From NCBI GenBank assembly GCA_963751455.1, contig CAVVUN010000002.1, positions 448,001 to 512,000 on the forward strand: a DNA stretch of 64,000 bases, in the 5' to 3' direction. The translations under genes and the position numbers were made by a program. Positions 1 through 8,157 of the stretch are shown here, one piece after another (the first letter of the stretch is position 1; each line of letters begins with the position of its first letter). This stretch comes from Nitrospirota bacterium. GTDB taxonomy: Bacteria; Nitrospirota; UBA9217. Under the pieces are notes generated by a model. That model was not told the DNA's origin, ran no database searches, and saw only the letters and a program-made list of their open reading frames with translations.

Positions 1-675
1 GGCTGCGGACTTCGCATTTCGGAAGGCTGTAAACTGCGGGTCAAGGATTTCAATTTCGACACAGGGTTGCTCTCTGTCCGGGGGAAAGGTGAAAAGACAC
101 GGACCGTGCCTATACCGGAGAGGCTCGTTCCAGAACTGCAGGCCCAATTAGAATCCGTAAAGAAACTTCATGATGAGGACATCAAGGCGGGATTTGCCGG
201 TGTATTTCTAGACGATCAACTTGAAAAGAAGTATCCGAAAGCCGCGAAAGACCTCGTCTGGCAGCCCCGCGACTTTGCATCCCAGGCTTCAGCCAAAGCG
301 GGATGCGCCGTAGTCCGCGGGAGGTCGCTCGTGATTTTCGGAGCCGTTGGCTCCTGCTGAAGGAAGCTCCTCTGGTTTTTCCCGCAGGAATCGCTCACCT
401 TCATCGCGCAGAATAAGCAGCGGCGGCGGTATCATCTTCGTGACTCGCACGTCCAGGAGGCGCTGAGCGAAGCTGTCAGAAAGGCGAGGCTCACCAAGCG
501 CGTCACGTCCCACACCTTCCGTCACTCATTCGCTACACATCTCTTGCAGGCAGGTTACGATCTTCGCACGATTCAGACTCTACTCGGCCATGCCGATATC
601 AGAACGACAATGATCTACACGCACTGCCTTCCGGGCAAGGAGATGAAAGAAGTAAAGAGTCCGCTGGATTTCTGA
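1..675 (+). pseudogene. intI: Integron-type integrase (tyrosine recombinase), 5'-truncated by the window and interrupted by an in-frame 108-bp insert with a stop
   Basis: Frame 1 reads GCGLRISE (box I), KGEKTR, IntI-specific LEKKYPKAAKDLVWQ, then after 265-372 resumes WFFP...[36 protein letters not shown]...SPLDF*; TGA at 358-360. Confidence 0.85.
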
Positions 676-683
676 TATAAATT

Positions 684-716
684 CTCCGTTCATCCTTCGA
701 CAGGCTCAGGACGAAC
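684..716. repeat. REP-like half element (CCGTTCATCCTTCGACAGGCTCAGGACGAAC)
   Basis: The same CTTCGACAGGCTCAG core occurs in both orientations at ~3682-3760. Confidence 0.55.
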
Positions 717-767
717 TGAGTGTCGTTCTTGCCTTGCAATTTTCCCGCGAATATGTTTAACTTCTGT

Positions 768-1304
768 ATGGACTTCAAGGCAGTCATTTCGATACTGCTC
801 AGGCGTTTCGAGGAAATGGGCGTGCGGTACGCCCTTATGGGGGGATTCGCGCTTGGGCTCTGGGGTGTGGGAAGGTCGACGGTGGATCTGGATTTTTTGA
901 TTGATCGCGACGACACTGGGAAAATCGATGCAATCATGCAGAAAATGGGATATGAGCGCAAATTTAAAAGCGACAACGTCTCCCAATACGTTTCACCTTT
1001 GCCCGTGTTTGGCGAAATCGACTATATTCACGCATTCAGGCAGGCGAGCCTCGAAATGCTGGAGAGGGCGGCCGGCAAGGAAATCTTCGGGGGACAATTC
1101 AAAATAAAGGTGCTCATGCCGGAGGATATTATCGGATTGAAGCTGCAGGCCATGAGGAACAATCCGTCCAGAAAGGATGCGGATATGGCCGACATCAAGG
1201 CTCTCGCGTCCGTCAGAAAAGGTTCGCTCGATCTGCAATTGATCAGGAGATATGCTGAAATCCTCGATGCGCAGGATTTGCTCAAGGAGGTAAATGATCT
1301 GTGA
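768..1304 (+). CDS. Nucleotidyltransferase-fold protein (AbiEii/DUF6036-like)
   Basis: GGFALGLWGVGRSTVDLD motif and C-terminal KLQA...RKDADMADI; start placed at ATG 768 after a TTGCAA-17-TTAACT promoter-like sequence. Confidence 0.7.
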   Translation: MDFKAVISILLRRFEEMGVRYALMGGFALGLWGVGRSTVDLDFLIDRDDTGKIDAIMQKMGYERKFKSDNVSQYVSPLPVFGEIDYIHAFRQASLEMLERAAGKEIFGGQFKIKVLMPEDIIGLKLQAMRNNPSRKDADMADIKALASVRKGSLDLQLIRRYAEILDAQDLLKEVNDL

Positions 1305-1528
1305 TGACGCTTTCCAAGGCAGCAGAAGATGAGATTCGGTCACAGGCTCATTCCGCTGAGCTGCAAAAAGATATGGAAACAGTTGCGTGTTCGCGACATA
1401 ATCCCTTTATCGAAGCCGGGCGGGTTGACGTTGAGGCCTATATAACATTCGTAACCGGGTTCAACGAGTTTATCAATCACAGGCCGAAACCGTTTGTTGT
1501 CATGGCAGATACCGATATGCGTCTCTGA
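1301..1528 (+). CDS. Small hypothetical protein, probable partner of the nucleotidyltransferase
   Basis: 75-aa ORF overlapping the upstream stop (GTGA), with AAGGAGG upstream. Confidence 0.6.
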   Translation: MMTLSKAAEDEIRSQAHSAELQKDMETVACSRHNPFIEAGRVDVEAYITFVTGFNEFINHRPKPFVVMADTDMRL

Positions 1529-1596
1529 TCGTGCTTTCCAGAGAATGCTTCCTGTTTTTATTTGACCTGCTTTGTTAAAAAGTATTATCATCCCCT

Positions 1597-3312
1597 ATGA
1601 ATTCCTGGCATGGAAAAGCTCTCCATATTGATTTGTCGAGCCGCACTGTCCGGACCGAGGTCCTGGACAAACAGCTTCTTTCAACGCGAATAGGCGGAAG
1701 GGGACTGGGCGTTGAACTGATGAAGAATCACTTCAGGCTCGATCCCTATGACAGTGGTATACCCCTGATCTTTGCTGTAGGACCGCTGTCCGGAACTCCT
1801 GCGCCTGCTTCTTCCCGCATGTCCGTTGTCTCGCGCTCTCCGCTTACCGATACGATCACGGACTCTTCGGTCGGCGGCACTTTCCCGATCAAGCTCAAGT
1901 CCGCGGGCTATGATTGTGTCGTGGTAACGGGCAAGGCGCCGGCACTGGTCTATATTTCCATCAAGGACGACAAGGTGGAAATCAAAGACGCTTCGAGGCT
2001 GCGCGGAAAGGGGTGCCAGGAGACGAACCAGCTTCTCGAGACTGAAGGCACTTCAGCCTGTATAGGGCCGGCAGGGGAGAACCTGGTCAGGTTCGCGAAC
2101 ATCATGATCGGTGGAGCGAATTCAGCGGGCCGCGGCGGTCTGGGCGCTGTTATGGGCGCGAAGAACCTGAAAGCGATCGTCGTGGACGGAACGAAAAAAA
2201 CTTCCATAGCAGACCCCATTGGTTTCAAGAAAGCCCAGGAAGATGTGATGAGGCTTCTTCGCGCTTCGCCCGTTGTTATGGGGGAACTCGGGCTTGGAGA
2301 GTACGGAACTTCGACACTTGTGGACGTCATAGCCAGGAGAAATATGGCGCCCACGGAGAACTTCAAAAAAACCTTTTTCCCGGAGTCCGGGTCATATTCC
2401 GGGCCGAGCCTGAAGAAAGAATTCGGCTTCAAGAAGCACGGCTGCGCAGTCTGTCCCATCCAGTGCAAGAAACTGACCTCCTGCGGCAGGCCGGTGCCGG
2501 AGTACGAGACCCTCTCTCACTTCGGCGCTTTGAATGCCAATTCCGACGCGGAATCCATCATCAAGGCGAACCTTCTCTGCAACAGCCTCGGCATGGACAG
2601 CATCTCGGCTGCCGCAACGCTTGCCGCTTTCGGCGAAGCGAGGGGCAGGTTTCTTACTGGAGACGAGATCCTCGATATGCTGAAAAAGACCGCGTTCCGT
2701 GAGGGCGAAGGCGAAATGCCGGCCGAGGGTTCGAAGAGGCTTTGCACGTTTCTGGGCAAGCCGGAACTATCCATGTCGGTTAAAGGACTCGAGCTTCCAG
2801 CCTACGACCCGCGCGGGTCCTACGGCATTGCCCTGGCCTATGGAACATCGACCCGCGGCGGGTGCCATCTGCGCGCGTATCCGATCAGCCAGGAAATCCT
2901 GAGAAGGCCTGTTGCCGTGGACCGTTTCAGCTTTGAAGGCAAGGCGCGCATGATCAAGATCGCCGAGGACAATAATGCAATCGTGGACTCGCTTGCGGTC
3001 TGCGCCTTCGCTTTTCTCGGAGCATCGATCGAGGAGTACGCGCATCTCCTGGCATCGGCAACAGGCGAGAACTTTACGGGGCAGGGGCTTATGAAGCTGG
3101 GCGAGGAGGTAATTCTCGCAGAGCGAAGCTATAATAAACTGAACGGGTTTACACCATCTGACGATTTTCTGCCGGAGCGGTTCTATACCGAAGCCGGTAC
3201 GCCGGGAGAAGGCATCGAAATCGCGGCCATCGACAAGGCGAGATTTAGCGCGGAGATGGAGAAGTATTATAGAATGAGAGGCGAGGGAGAGAGCGGCAGA
3301 GAAGAATTGTAA
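1597..3312 (+). CDS. aor: Aldehyde:ferredoxin oxidoreductase family (W/Mo-pterin)
   Basis: IGGRGLG, SRSPLT, IGPAGENLVRFA, GRGGLGAVMGAKNLKAIVV, CAVCPIQC, PEYET, KGLELPAYDPRG, RGGCH. Confidence 0.93.
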   Translation: MNSWHGKALHIDLSSRTVRTEVLDKQLLSTRIGGRGLGVELMKNHFRLDPYDSGIPLIFAVGPLSGTPAPASSRMSVVSRSPLTDTITDSSVGGTFPIKLKSAGYDCVVVTGKAPALVYISIKDDKVEIKDASRLRGKGCQETNQLLETEGTSACIGPAGENLVRFANIMIGGANSAGRGGLGAVMGAKNLKAIVVDGTKKTSIADPIGFKKAQEDVMRLLRASPVVMGELGLGEYGTSTLVDVIARRNMAPTENFKKTFFPESGSYSGPSLKKEFGFKKHGCAVCPIQCKKLTSCGRPVPEYETLSHFGALNANSDAESIIKANLLCNSLGMDSISAAATLAAFGEARGRFLTGDEILDMLKKTAFREGEGEMPAEGSKRLCTFLGKPELSMSVKGLELPAYDPRGSYGIALAYGTSTRGGCHLRAYPISQEILRRPVAVDRFSFEGKARMIKIAEDNNAIVDSLAVCAFAFLGASIEEYAHLLASATGENFTGQGLMKLGEEVILAERSYNKLNGFTPSDDFLPERFYTEAGTPGEGIEIAAIDKARFSAEMEKYYRMRGEGESGREEL

Positions 3313-3429
3313 ATATCAAATTGCAAATTGCAAATCTACGGCGAAGTTCCCTTGTCCATAATTCAGGAATTGACTAGTACAACGTAACCCTAGTTGGTTA
3401 ATAGTTCCACGATGTCATTCCGGTGTGCT

Positions 3430-3599
3430 TTAAGCAACAAGCCGGCACTAAAAAGATTGAACCGCGAGGGCGCAAAGGTCGCCAGGAAGGCAATACTATC
3501 CTGTGGCATATTACGGGAATTTCGCTGTCCTCGCGTTCCTCGCGACTTCGCGGTAAATAGTCCTGCCGTTTTGAGAGGAATTCGATTTGTAACTGACTA
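3430..3599 (-). mobile_element. Degenerate copy of TTAG-bounded non-coding element
   Basis: Aligns by eye with the reverse complement of 63428-63609 (CAAGCC..TTGAACCGC.AGGGCGCAA; CTTCGCGGTAAATA.TC.T.CCGTTTTGAGA). Confidence 0.65.
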
Positions 3600-3649
3600 C
3601 TGGACGCGGCTAAGGGTGCAATACAATCAAGAATTAGTTTTACAGTGCA

Positions 3650-3791
3650 CTAGCAGGTTGTTGAAAGAGTCTTTTTGAGTGGTTCGACAGGGCTCACCAC
3701 GAACGGATAAGAGTAAATAATTTCATCGATCCCTCCGTTCGCCCTGAGCCTGTCGAAGGGTGGACAGAGGGTTCTTCAACAGCGCTGCTAG
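3650..3791. mobile_element. MITE-like element, TIR TAGCAGGTTGTTGAA/TTCAACAGCGCTGCTA, CTAG at both ends, internal REP-like pair
   Basis: Terminal inverted repeats visible; right end coincides with the GGDEF stop codon. Confidence 0.65.
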
Positions 3792-5518
3792 AAAGCTATG
3801 CCCGCGGCCATTACCCTGTTTCTGCCTTCCTTCTTTGCCCGGTACAAGGCTGCATCCGCTGCCTGAAGAACCTCTTCTGCGGTCATTCCGTCCTCCGGAA
3901 AACTGCTGACGCCGATGCTGACAGTGACCTTCCCGCCGGGCTGGGTCTCCTGCTTCGGGAACTTGCACCAGTCTACCATGTTTTTCAGCCGTTCCGCGAT
4001 CGCAATCGCCTGGTTCTTCTCTCCGGTTTCGAGCAGGAGGACCGCGAATTCCTCTCCGCCGTACCTGGCCACAATGTCCGTTTCTTTGAAATTGTCCCTG
4101 AGAATGTCAGCCAGTTTTTTCAGAAGAACATCTCCCTGAGGGTGGCCGTTCGTATCGTTGTAATGCTTGAAATGGTCGACATCTATCATCAGCAGGCTGA
4201 AGGTCCTTTTGTAGCGTTTCGATCTCAGGACCTCGCCGTCAAGCACCTCCTTGAACTCCCGGTAGTTCTTGAGCTCGGTAAGTCCGTCGGTTTTGGAAAG
4301 CTGCATTGTTTTCTCGTACAGCAGGGCGTTCGATACAGCCAGCCCTGCGGCATCCAGAAGCCGCATCGACGAGTCCATGTTCGCATTCATGAGTGGAATA
4401 TATTCCTTGGGCAAATTCATGAGGAAAGCGCCGACCGGCCTGAAAAGCTCGCAGCTTACGCAAAGCGCCAGCTTGTCCAGGTAATTGCCGAGCATCGTTC
4501 CCTTGCAATGGGTTCCAGCGAGCTCCCAGCATCTTCCTTCCCCCGGGTGCCCGTACGCGCGGCAGTGCGTATCGGAGCAATGAAAATACTCGAAGCAGGG
4601 CTGAAGCGACGCAGCCATAACCGGCAGGACCAGGCACCTCCTGGCCCCCATCAGATCGAGGGCCCTCATTTCATAATCCGAGCTAACAAGCCGCTGGTCT
4701 ACCACCATAGCGACACCACGGAGCACCGCATCCGTAAAACTGTTCTTGTCGATCAGCGGAATATTCAGCTCCTGGTTTCCGACACTCAGCGTAAGCAGCC
4801 GGCGATCTTTATTGATCGGCATATACCGGCTGGAGCTTGCCCCCACCAGACCGCGCAGTTCGTTCTCAATGATGGAAATGACCTCGGTAAACCGTATCGA
4901 AGACCGCAGCCGCTCCGAGAGAGAATAAAGGCGCAGCACCTCCTCGTTTTTTTCGTGCAGCTGTTTGCTGAGGTAGGTAACGAAATAGGCGGTCAGGAAA
5001 ACTGTGCTTATAAACGCCAATCCATATGATACGATCACGGTATAATCAGAGAAAATGATCGGTTCGTTTCTGAAGATGCCGTAGTGAGGCAGAACGCCCA
5101 CGTGTTTCATACCAAGAACGAGCGAAGGCAGGAGCACGGCTACCCCGGCGAAGCCGAAGGAAAAGCGCCACGGAAGAATGATGCCGCTTATCACGACGTG
5201 GAAAATGAAAAAATAAATGAAGGGGCTGTCACAGCCGCCCGAGAAATAAACCGCAAAAGCGAGGATAAGCTGGTCGAGAATGATCTGGACCAAAGCCAGG
5301 CGCTGGAGGTTTTCGCGCGGAGACTTCAGCTTCCACTGGTAAACGAGGTTGCAGGCGGTCGCTGTGCCGAGAATGGCGTAGACGGGAATAAGGGAGAAGG
5401 ACATTACCGCAACTTCGCGCAGCACGTGAGTAATGATGAGTACGCCGAGTATTCCTGCCCATCTGACATTTACAAGCCATAGCAACCGCTGTTTGAGGTC
5501 AAGTGTGTTGGTCAACAT
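3788..5518 (-). CDS. Membrane-bound diguanylate cyclase with GAF-like region containing a Cys-rich (two-CW-like) insert
   Basis: N-terminal TM helices; CFEYFHC...CRAY...CWELAGTHC...CVSC; DVDHFKHYNDTNGH, RYGGEEF. Confidence 0.9.
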   Translation of the reverse strand: MLTNTLDLKQRLLWLVNVRWAGILGVLIITHVLREVAVMSFSLIPVYAILGTATACNLVYQWKLKSPRENLQRLALVQIILDQLILAFAVYFSGGCDSPFIYFFIFHVVISGIILPWRFSFGFAGVAVLLPSLVLGMKHVGVLPHYGIFRNEPIIFSDYTVIVSYGLAFISTVFLTAYFVTYLSKQLHEKNEEVLRLYSLSERLRSSIRFTEVISIIENELRGLVGASSSRYMPINKDRRLLTLSVGNQELNIPLIDKNSFTDAVLRGVAMVVDQRLVSSDYEMRALDLMGARRCLVLPVMAASLQPCFEYFHCSDTHCRAYGHPGEGRCWELAGTHCKGTMLGNYLDKLALCVSCELFRPVGAFLMNLPKEYIPLMNANMDSSMRLLDAAGLAVSNALLYEKTMQLSKTDGLTELKNYREFKEVLDGEVLRSKRYKRTFSLLMIDVDHFKHYNDTNGHPQGDVLLKKLADILRDNFKETDIVARYGGEEFAVLLLETGEKNQAIAIAERLKNMVDWCKFPKQETQPGGKVTVSIGVSSFPEDGMTAEEVLQAADAALYRAKKEGRNRVMAAGIAF

Positions 5519-5753
5519 CTAATTTACCAGTAATCGCTGCAACGGTTCTGTGACTGACGAAAAAGCACGGAATTTTATTAAACTTAAATGCACTTTTATG
5601 CAACACTATAAACCAGTCTAATACTTTTTTCAATACTTAGTTCCGTAATTCAACGTTTAGGATGGATTAATAGGGGGATAGGAGAAAAAAAAGTAAGAGA
5701 GAGCGGTGAGGCTCGCCTTTTGGGTTCGATCTTTCGATTCCGGCTTGTCCGGA

Positions 5754-6105
5754 TTAGTCAGTACAAATCAAATTATTCTCAAAAACGGGAAGAAAAAATC
5801 TTATACTTTGCCACGGATTAACACAACTATTCAGCTTCTTTTCAGAACAGCATTAAGACAAATCTAAGAAAAAGCCCTTCTATCCGCAGATTTCGCAGAT
5901 TGACGCAGATTCTAAAACCGGAATTCTGGTTTTGTTTTTATCTGCGAAATCTGCGTAATCTGCGGATAAAAAAATGACCTGAGTAGTTACAAGAACTTTT
6001 GCCTTTATCCGTGTTCATCAGCCTGTGCCCGCGTCTTGGCAACAGCAGGGTGTGTGCATCCGCGGCTAAAATGAATTTGTTTAGGTCTCGGTTTGTCCGG
6101 CTTAG
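5754..6105 (+). mobile_element. TTAG-bounded non-coding element carrying palindromic repeats and a nested GTAACTA MITE
   Basis: Left end TTAGTCAGTAC..TTCTCAAAAACGGGAAGAA and right end CGGTTTGTCCGGCTTAG match 63428-63609; right TTAG overlaps the purN stop. Confidence 0.65.
5825..5990. mobile_element. GTAACTA-type MITE (left end lacks 2 nt)
   Basis: Near-identical reverse complement of 28741-28907. Confidence 0.8.
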
Positions 6106-6752
6106 GGATTTATAAGGAAGTCGTTCTTCTTTTGCTCCGCGTCGCGAACCAGTACCCGCCTGCCTTTTATGCTGAGTCTTCCTTCCGCAATCAATTGAAT
6201 GGCGCGTGAATAGATCTTATGCTCCTGGGCAAGTATCCGCTCGGAGAGGCTGTCCTCGGTATCGCTGTCCAGGACAGGTACGACGGCCTGAATGACGATC
6301 GGCCCTGTGTCCATGCCTTCGTCAACGAAGTGGACGGTGCAGCCGGAAAATTTGACCCCGTGCGCGATGGCCGCTTTCTGGACATGGAGGCCGGGGAAGG
6401 ATGGGAGCAGAGCGGGGTGAATATTCAGGATCCTGTTCGGATAAGCGCTGATCAGCTTCGGCGTAATCATCCGCATGAACCCCGCCAGGCAGACAAGTTC
6501 CACACCGCGTTTCCGGAGTTCCTTGACGATCAAGCCGTCATAAGCATCGCGCCTGCCATTGAAGCCGCTGGCGTCCAGATGCACACCGGGAATATTGTGC
6601 TTGGCGGCGCGTTCGAGAGCGTATGCATCGGCCTGGTCGCTTATTACCACAACAAGCTCGGCTGAAAGGGACCCGTTCGCGATGTTATCGATGATGGCCT
6701 GGAGATTCGAGCCGCGGCCGGAGACGAGGACGCCGATTTTGAGTCTTTTCAT
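6102..6752 (-). CDS. purN: Phosphoribosylglycinamide formyltransferase
   Basis: SGRGSNLQAII, LAGFMR, NIHPALLPSFPG, GCTVHFV, DTGP. Confidence 0.97.
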   Translation of the reverse strand: MKRLKIGVLVSGRGSNLQAIIDNIANGSLSAELVVVISDQADAYALERAAKHNIPGVHLDASGFNGRRDAYDGLIVKELRKRGVELVCLAGFMRMITPKLISAYPNRILNIHPALLPSFPGLHVQKAAIAHGVKFSGCTVHFVDEGMDTGPIVIQAVVPVLDSDTEDSLSERILAQEHKIYSRAIQLIAEGRLSIKGRRVLVRDAEQKKNDFLINP

Positions 6753-6762
6753 AAAAGCCTCT

Positions 6763-6849
6763 ATTTCAAATTGTAAATTGCAAATTTCAAACGAACAGGA
6801 ACCAGTTCAAAAATTTGCACTTTGCAATTTGCATTTTACAATTTGAAAT
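6763..6849. repeat. 7-bp-periodic inverted tandem repeat (AAATTGC/GCAATTT)
   Basis: ATTTCAAATTGTAAATTGCAAATTTC...TTTGCACTTTGCAATTTGCATTTTACAATTTGAAAT between purM and purN. Confidence 0.75.
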
Positions 6850-7871
6850 TACGCATACTTTACAACCTGCTTCCCCTTCACGATCTCGCCGATACGATAT
6901 GCCTTGTCCCCGAGCTTCTTCGCATTCTTCAGGAGGGCTTCTGCCTGCCTGGCAGGGACTGCCAGGATCATCCCGATCCCCATGTTGAAGTCGCGGTACA
7001 TCTCTTCGTCATCAATATCGGCCTTTTCCCGGATGAGCCCGAAGACAGGGTGAATGTCCCAGGTCCCTTTCCGGATCAGGGCTGAAGCGCCTTTCGGCAG
7101 CATGCGCGGCGTGTTTTCGGTGATGCCGCCGCCCGTAATATGCGCCATTCCGCGAATATCGAATTCCTTCATGAGTGCCATGATCGTCTTTGCGTAAATC
7201 CGGGTCGGTGTGAGCAGTACCTCTCCGAGCGGCTTGTCTAGTCCGGGGGGCACATCCTTAAGTCCATAACCGGCCTTTTCCAAAAGGACCTTACGGACCA
7301 GGGAATAGCCGTTGCTGTGTAACCCCGAAGAAGCCAGGCCCACAAGGACATCACCCGGCCTTATCTTCGAACCGTCCACGATCTTTTTCTTCTCGACGAC
7401 CCCCACGGCGAACCCCGCGAGATCATATTCATCCTCGGCGTAGAATGAAGGCATTTCCGCGGTCTCGCCTCCGATGAGCGCGCACCCCGATTGTTTACAC
7501 CCTGTCGCGATTCCCTTAACGATGTCCGAATGCTCCGTGGGCTTCAGCCTGCCGGTTGCGAAATAATCGAGGAAGAAGAGCGGCTCCGCTCCCTGGACGA
7601 TAATGTCGTTCACGCACATGGCCACAAGGTCTATGCCGACTGTATCGTGTTTCCCGGTCAGGAAGGCGATTTTTAGCTTCGTCCCGACCCCGTCCGTACC
7701 GGACACGAGAACGGGCTCCCTGTACTTCTTCAGGGCGAACAGCCCTCCGAACCCTCCTATATGCGTCATGACTTCGGGCCGGAAAGTGGACTTTACATAC
7801 GGTTTTATCCTGCGTACAAATAGATCACCGGCATCGATATCGACCCCGGCGTCTTTATAAGTAATGGCCAT
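6849..7871 (-). CDS. purM: Phosphoribosylaminoimidazole (AIR) synthetase
   Basis: YKDAGVDIDAG, GTDGVGTK, GGETAEMP, HSNGYSL, HITGGG, FNMGIGM. Confidence 0.97.
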   Translation of the reverse strand: MAITYKDAGVDIDAGDLFVRRIKPYVKSTFRPEVMTHIGGFGGLFALKKYREPVLVSGTDGVGTKLKIAFLTGKHDTVGIDLVAMCVNDIIVQGAEPLFFLDYFATGRLKPTEHSDIVKGIATGCKQSGCALIGGETAEMPSFYAEDEYDLAGFAVGVVEKKKIVDGSKIRPGDVLVGLASSGLHSNGYSLVRKVLLEKAGYGLKDVPPGLDKPLGEVLLTPTRIYAKTIMALMKEFDIRGMAHITGGGITENTPRMLPKGASALIRKGTWDIHPVFGLIREKADIDDEEMYRDFNMGIGMILAVPARQAEALLKNAKKLGDKAYRIGEIVKGKQVVKYA

Positions 7872-7974
7872 GGCATCCCCTTAAATTTCGACGATAGTAC
7901 CTGTAACCGGCAACGGTGTCAATATGTTATTTCTTGAAGAGGACGCAGAGATAATCAGTTATTAATGACATCAT

Positions 7975-8058
7975 TTGGACGCGGATAAAATCGGATAAAT
8001 GCGGATTAAGACAGGAATGTCTGGTTTATCAGCGAAAATCCGCGTTCATCTGCGTCCC
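7975..8058. repeat. 9/10-bp-periodic palindrome (CGCGGATAAA / ATCCGCG)
   Basis: TGGACGCGGATAAAATCGGATAAATGCGGAT...ATCAGCGAAAATCCGCGTTCATCTGCGTCCCA. Confidence 0.7.
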
Positions 8059-8157
8059 AGGTTGATAGGTAACGCTATGCTTTTCTTGGCGCCCTTTGCG
8101 TCTTTGCGCGAAAAGTGTTTCGTTTTACGGTGGTAAAATTAAGGAGGGAGATATGTT

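Noticed and set aside
358-400. Selenocysteine readthrough of the integrase TGA
   Set aside because: The TGA lies in a non-conserved insert and no convincing SECIS hairpin follows
676-1596. Integron cassette array (attC sites) beside intI
   Set aside because: No RYYYAAC...GTTRRRY paired structures found; arrays usually lie on the 5' side of intI, outside the window
3788-4300. Hypr-type (cGAMP-making) GGDEF linked to the cytochrome genes
   Set aside because: The specificity position is the canonical Asp (GHPQGD), not Ser/Thr
5880-5970. Repeated CGCAGAT units as a CRISPR array
   Set aside because: Units are 9-10 bp, inverted and lack unique spacers; no cas genes in the window
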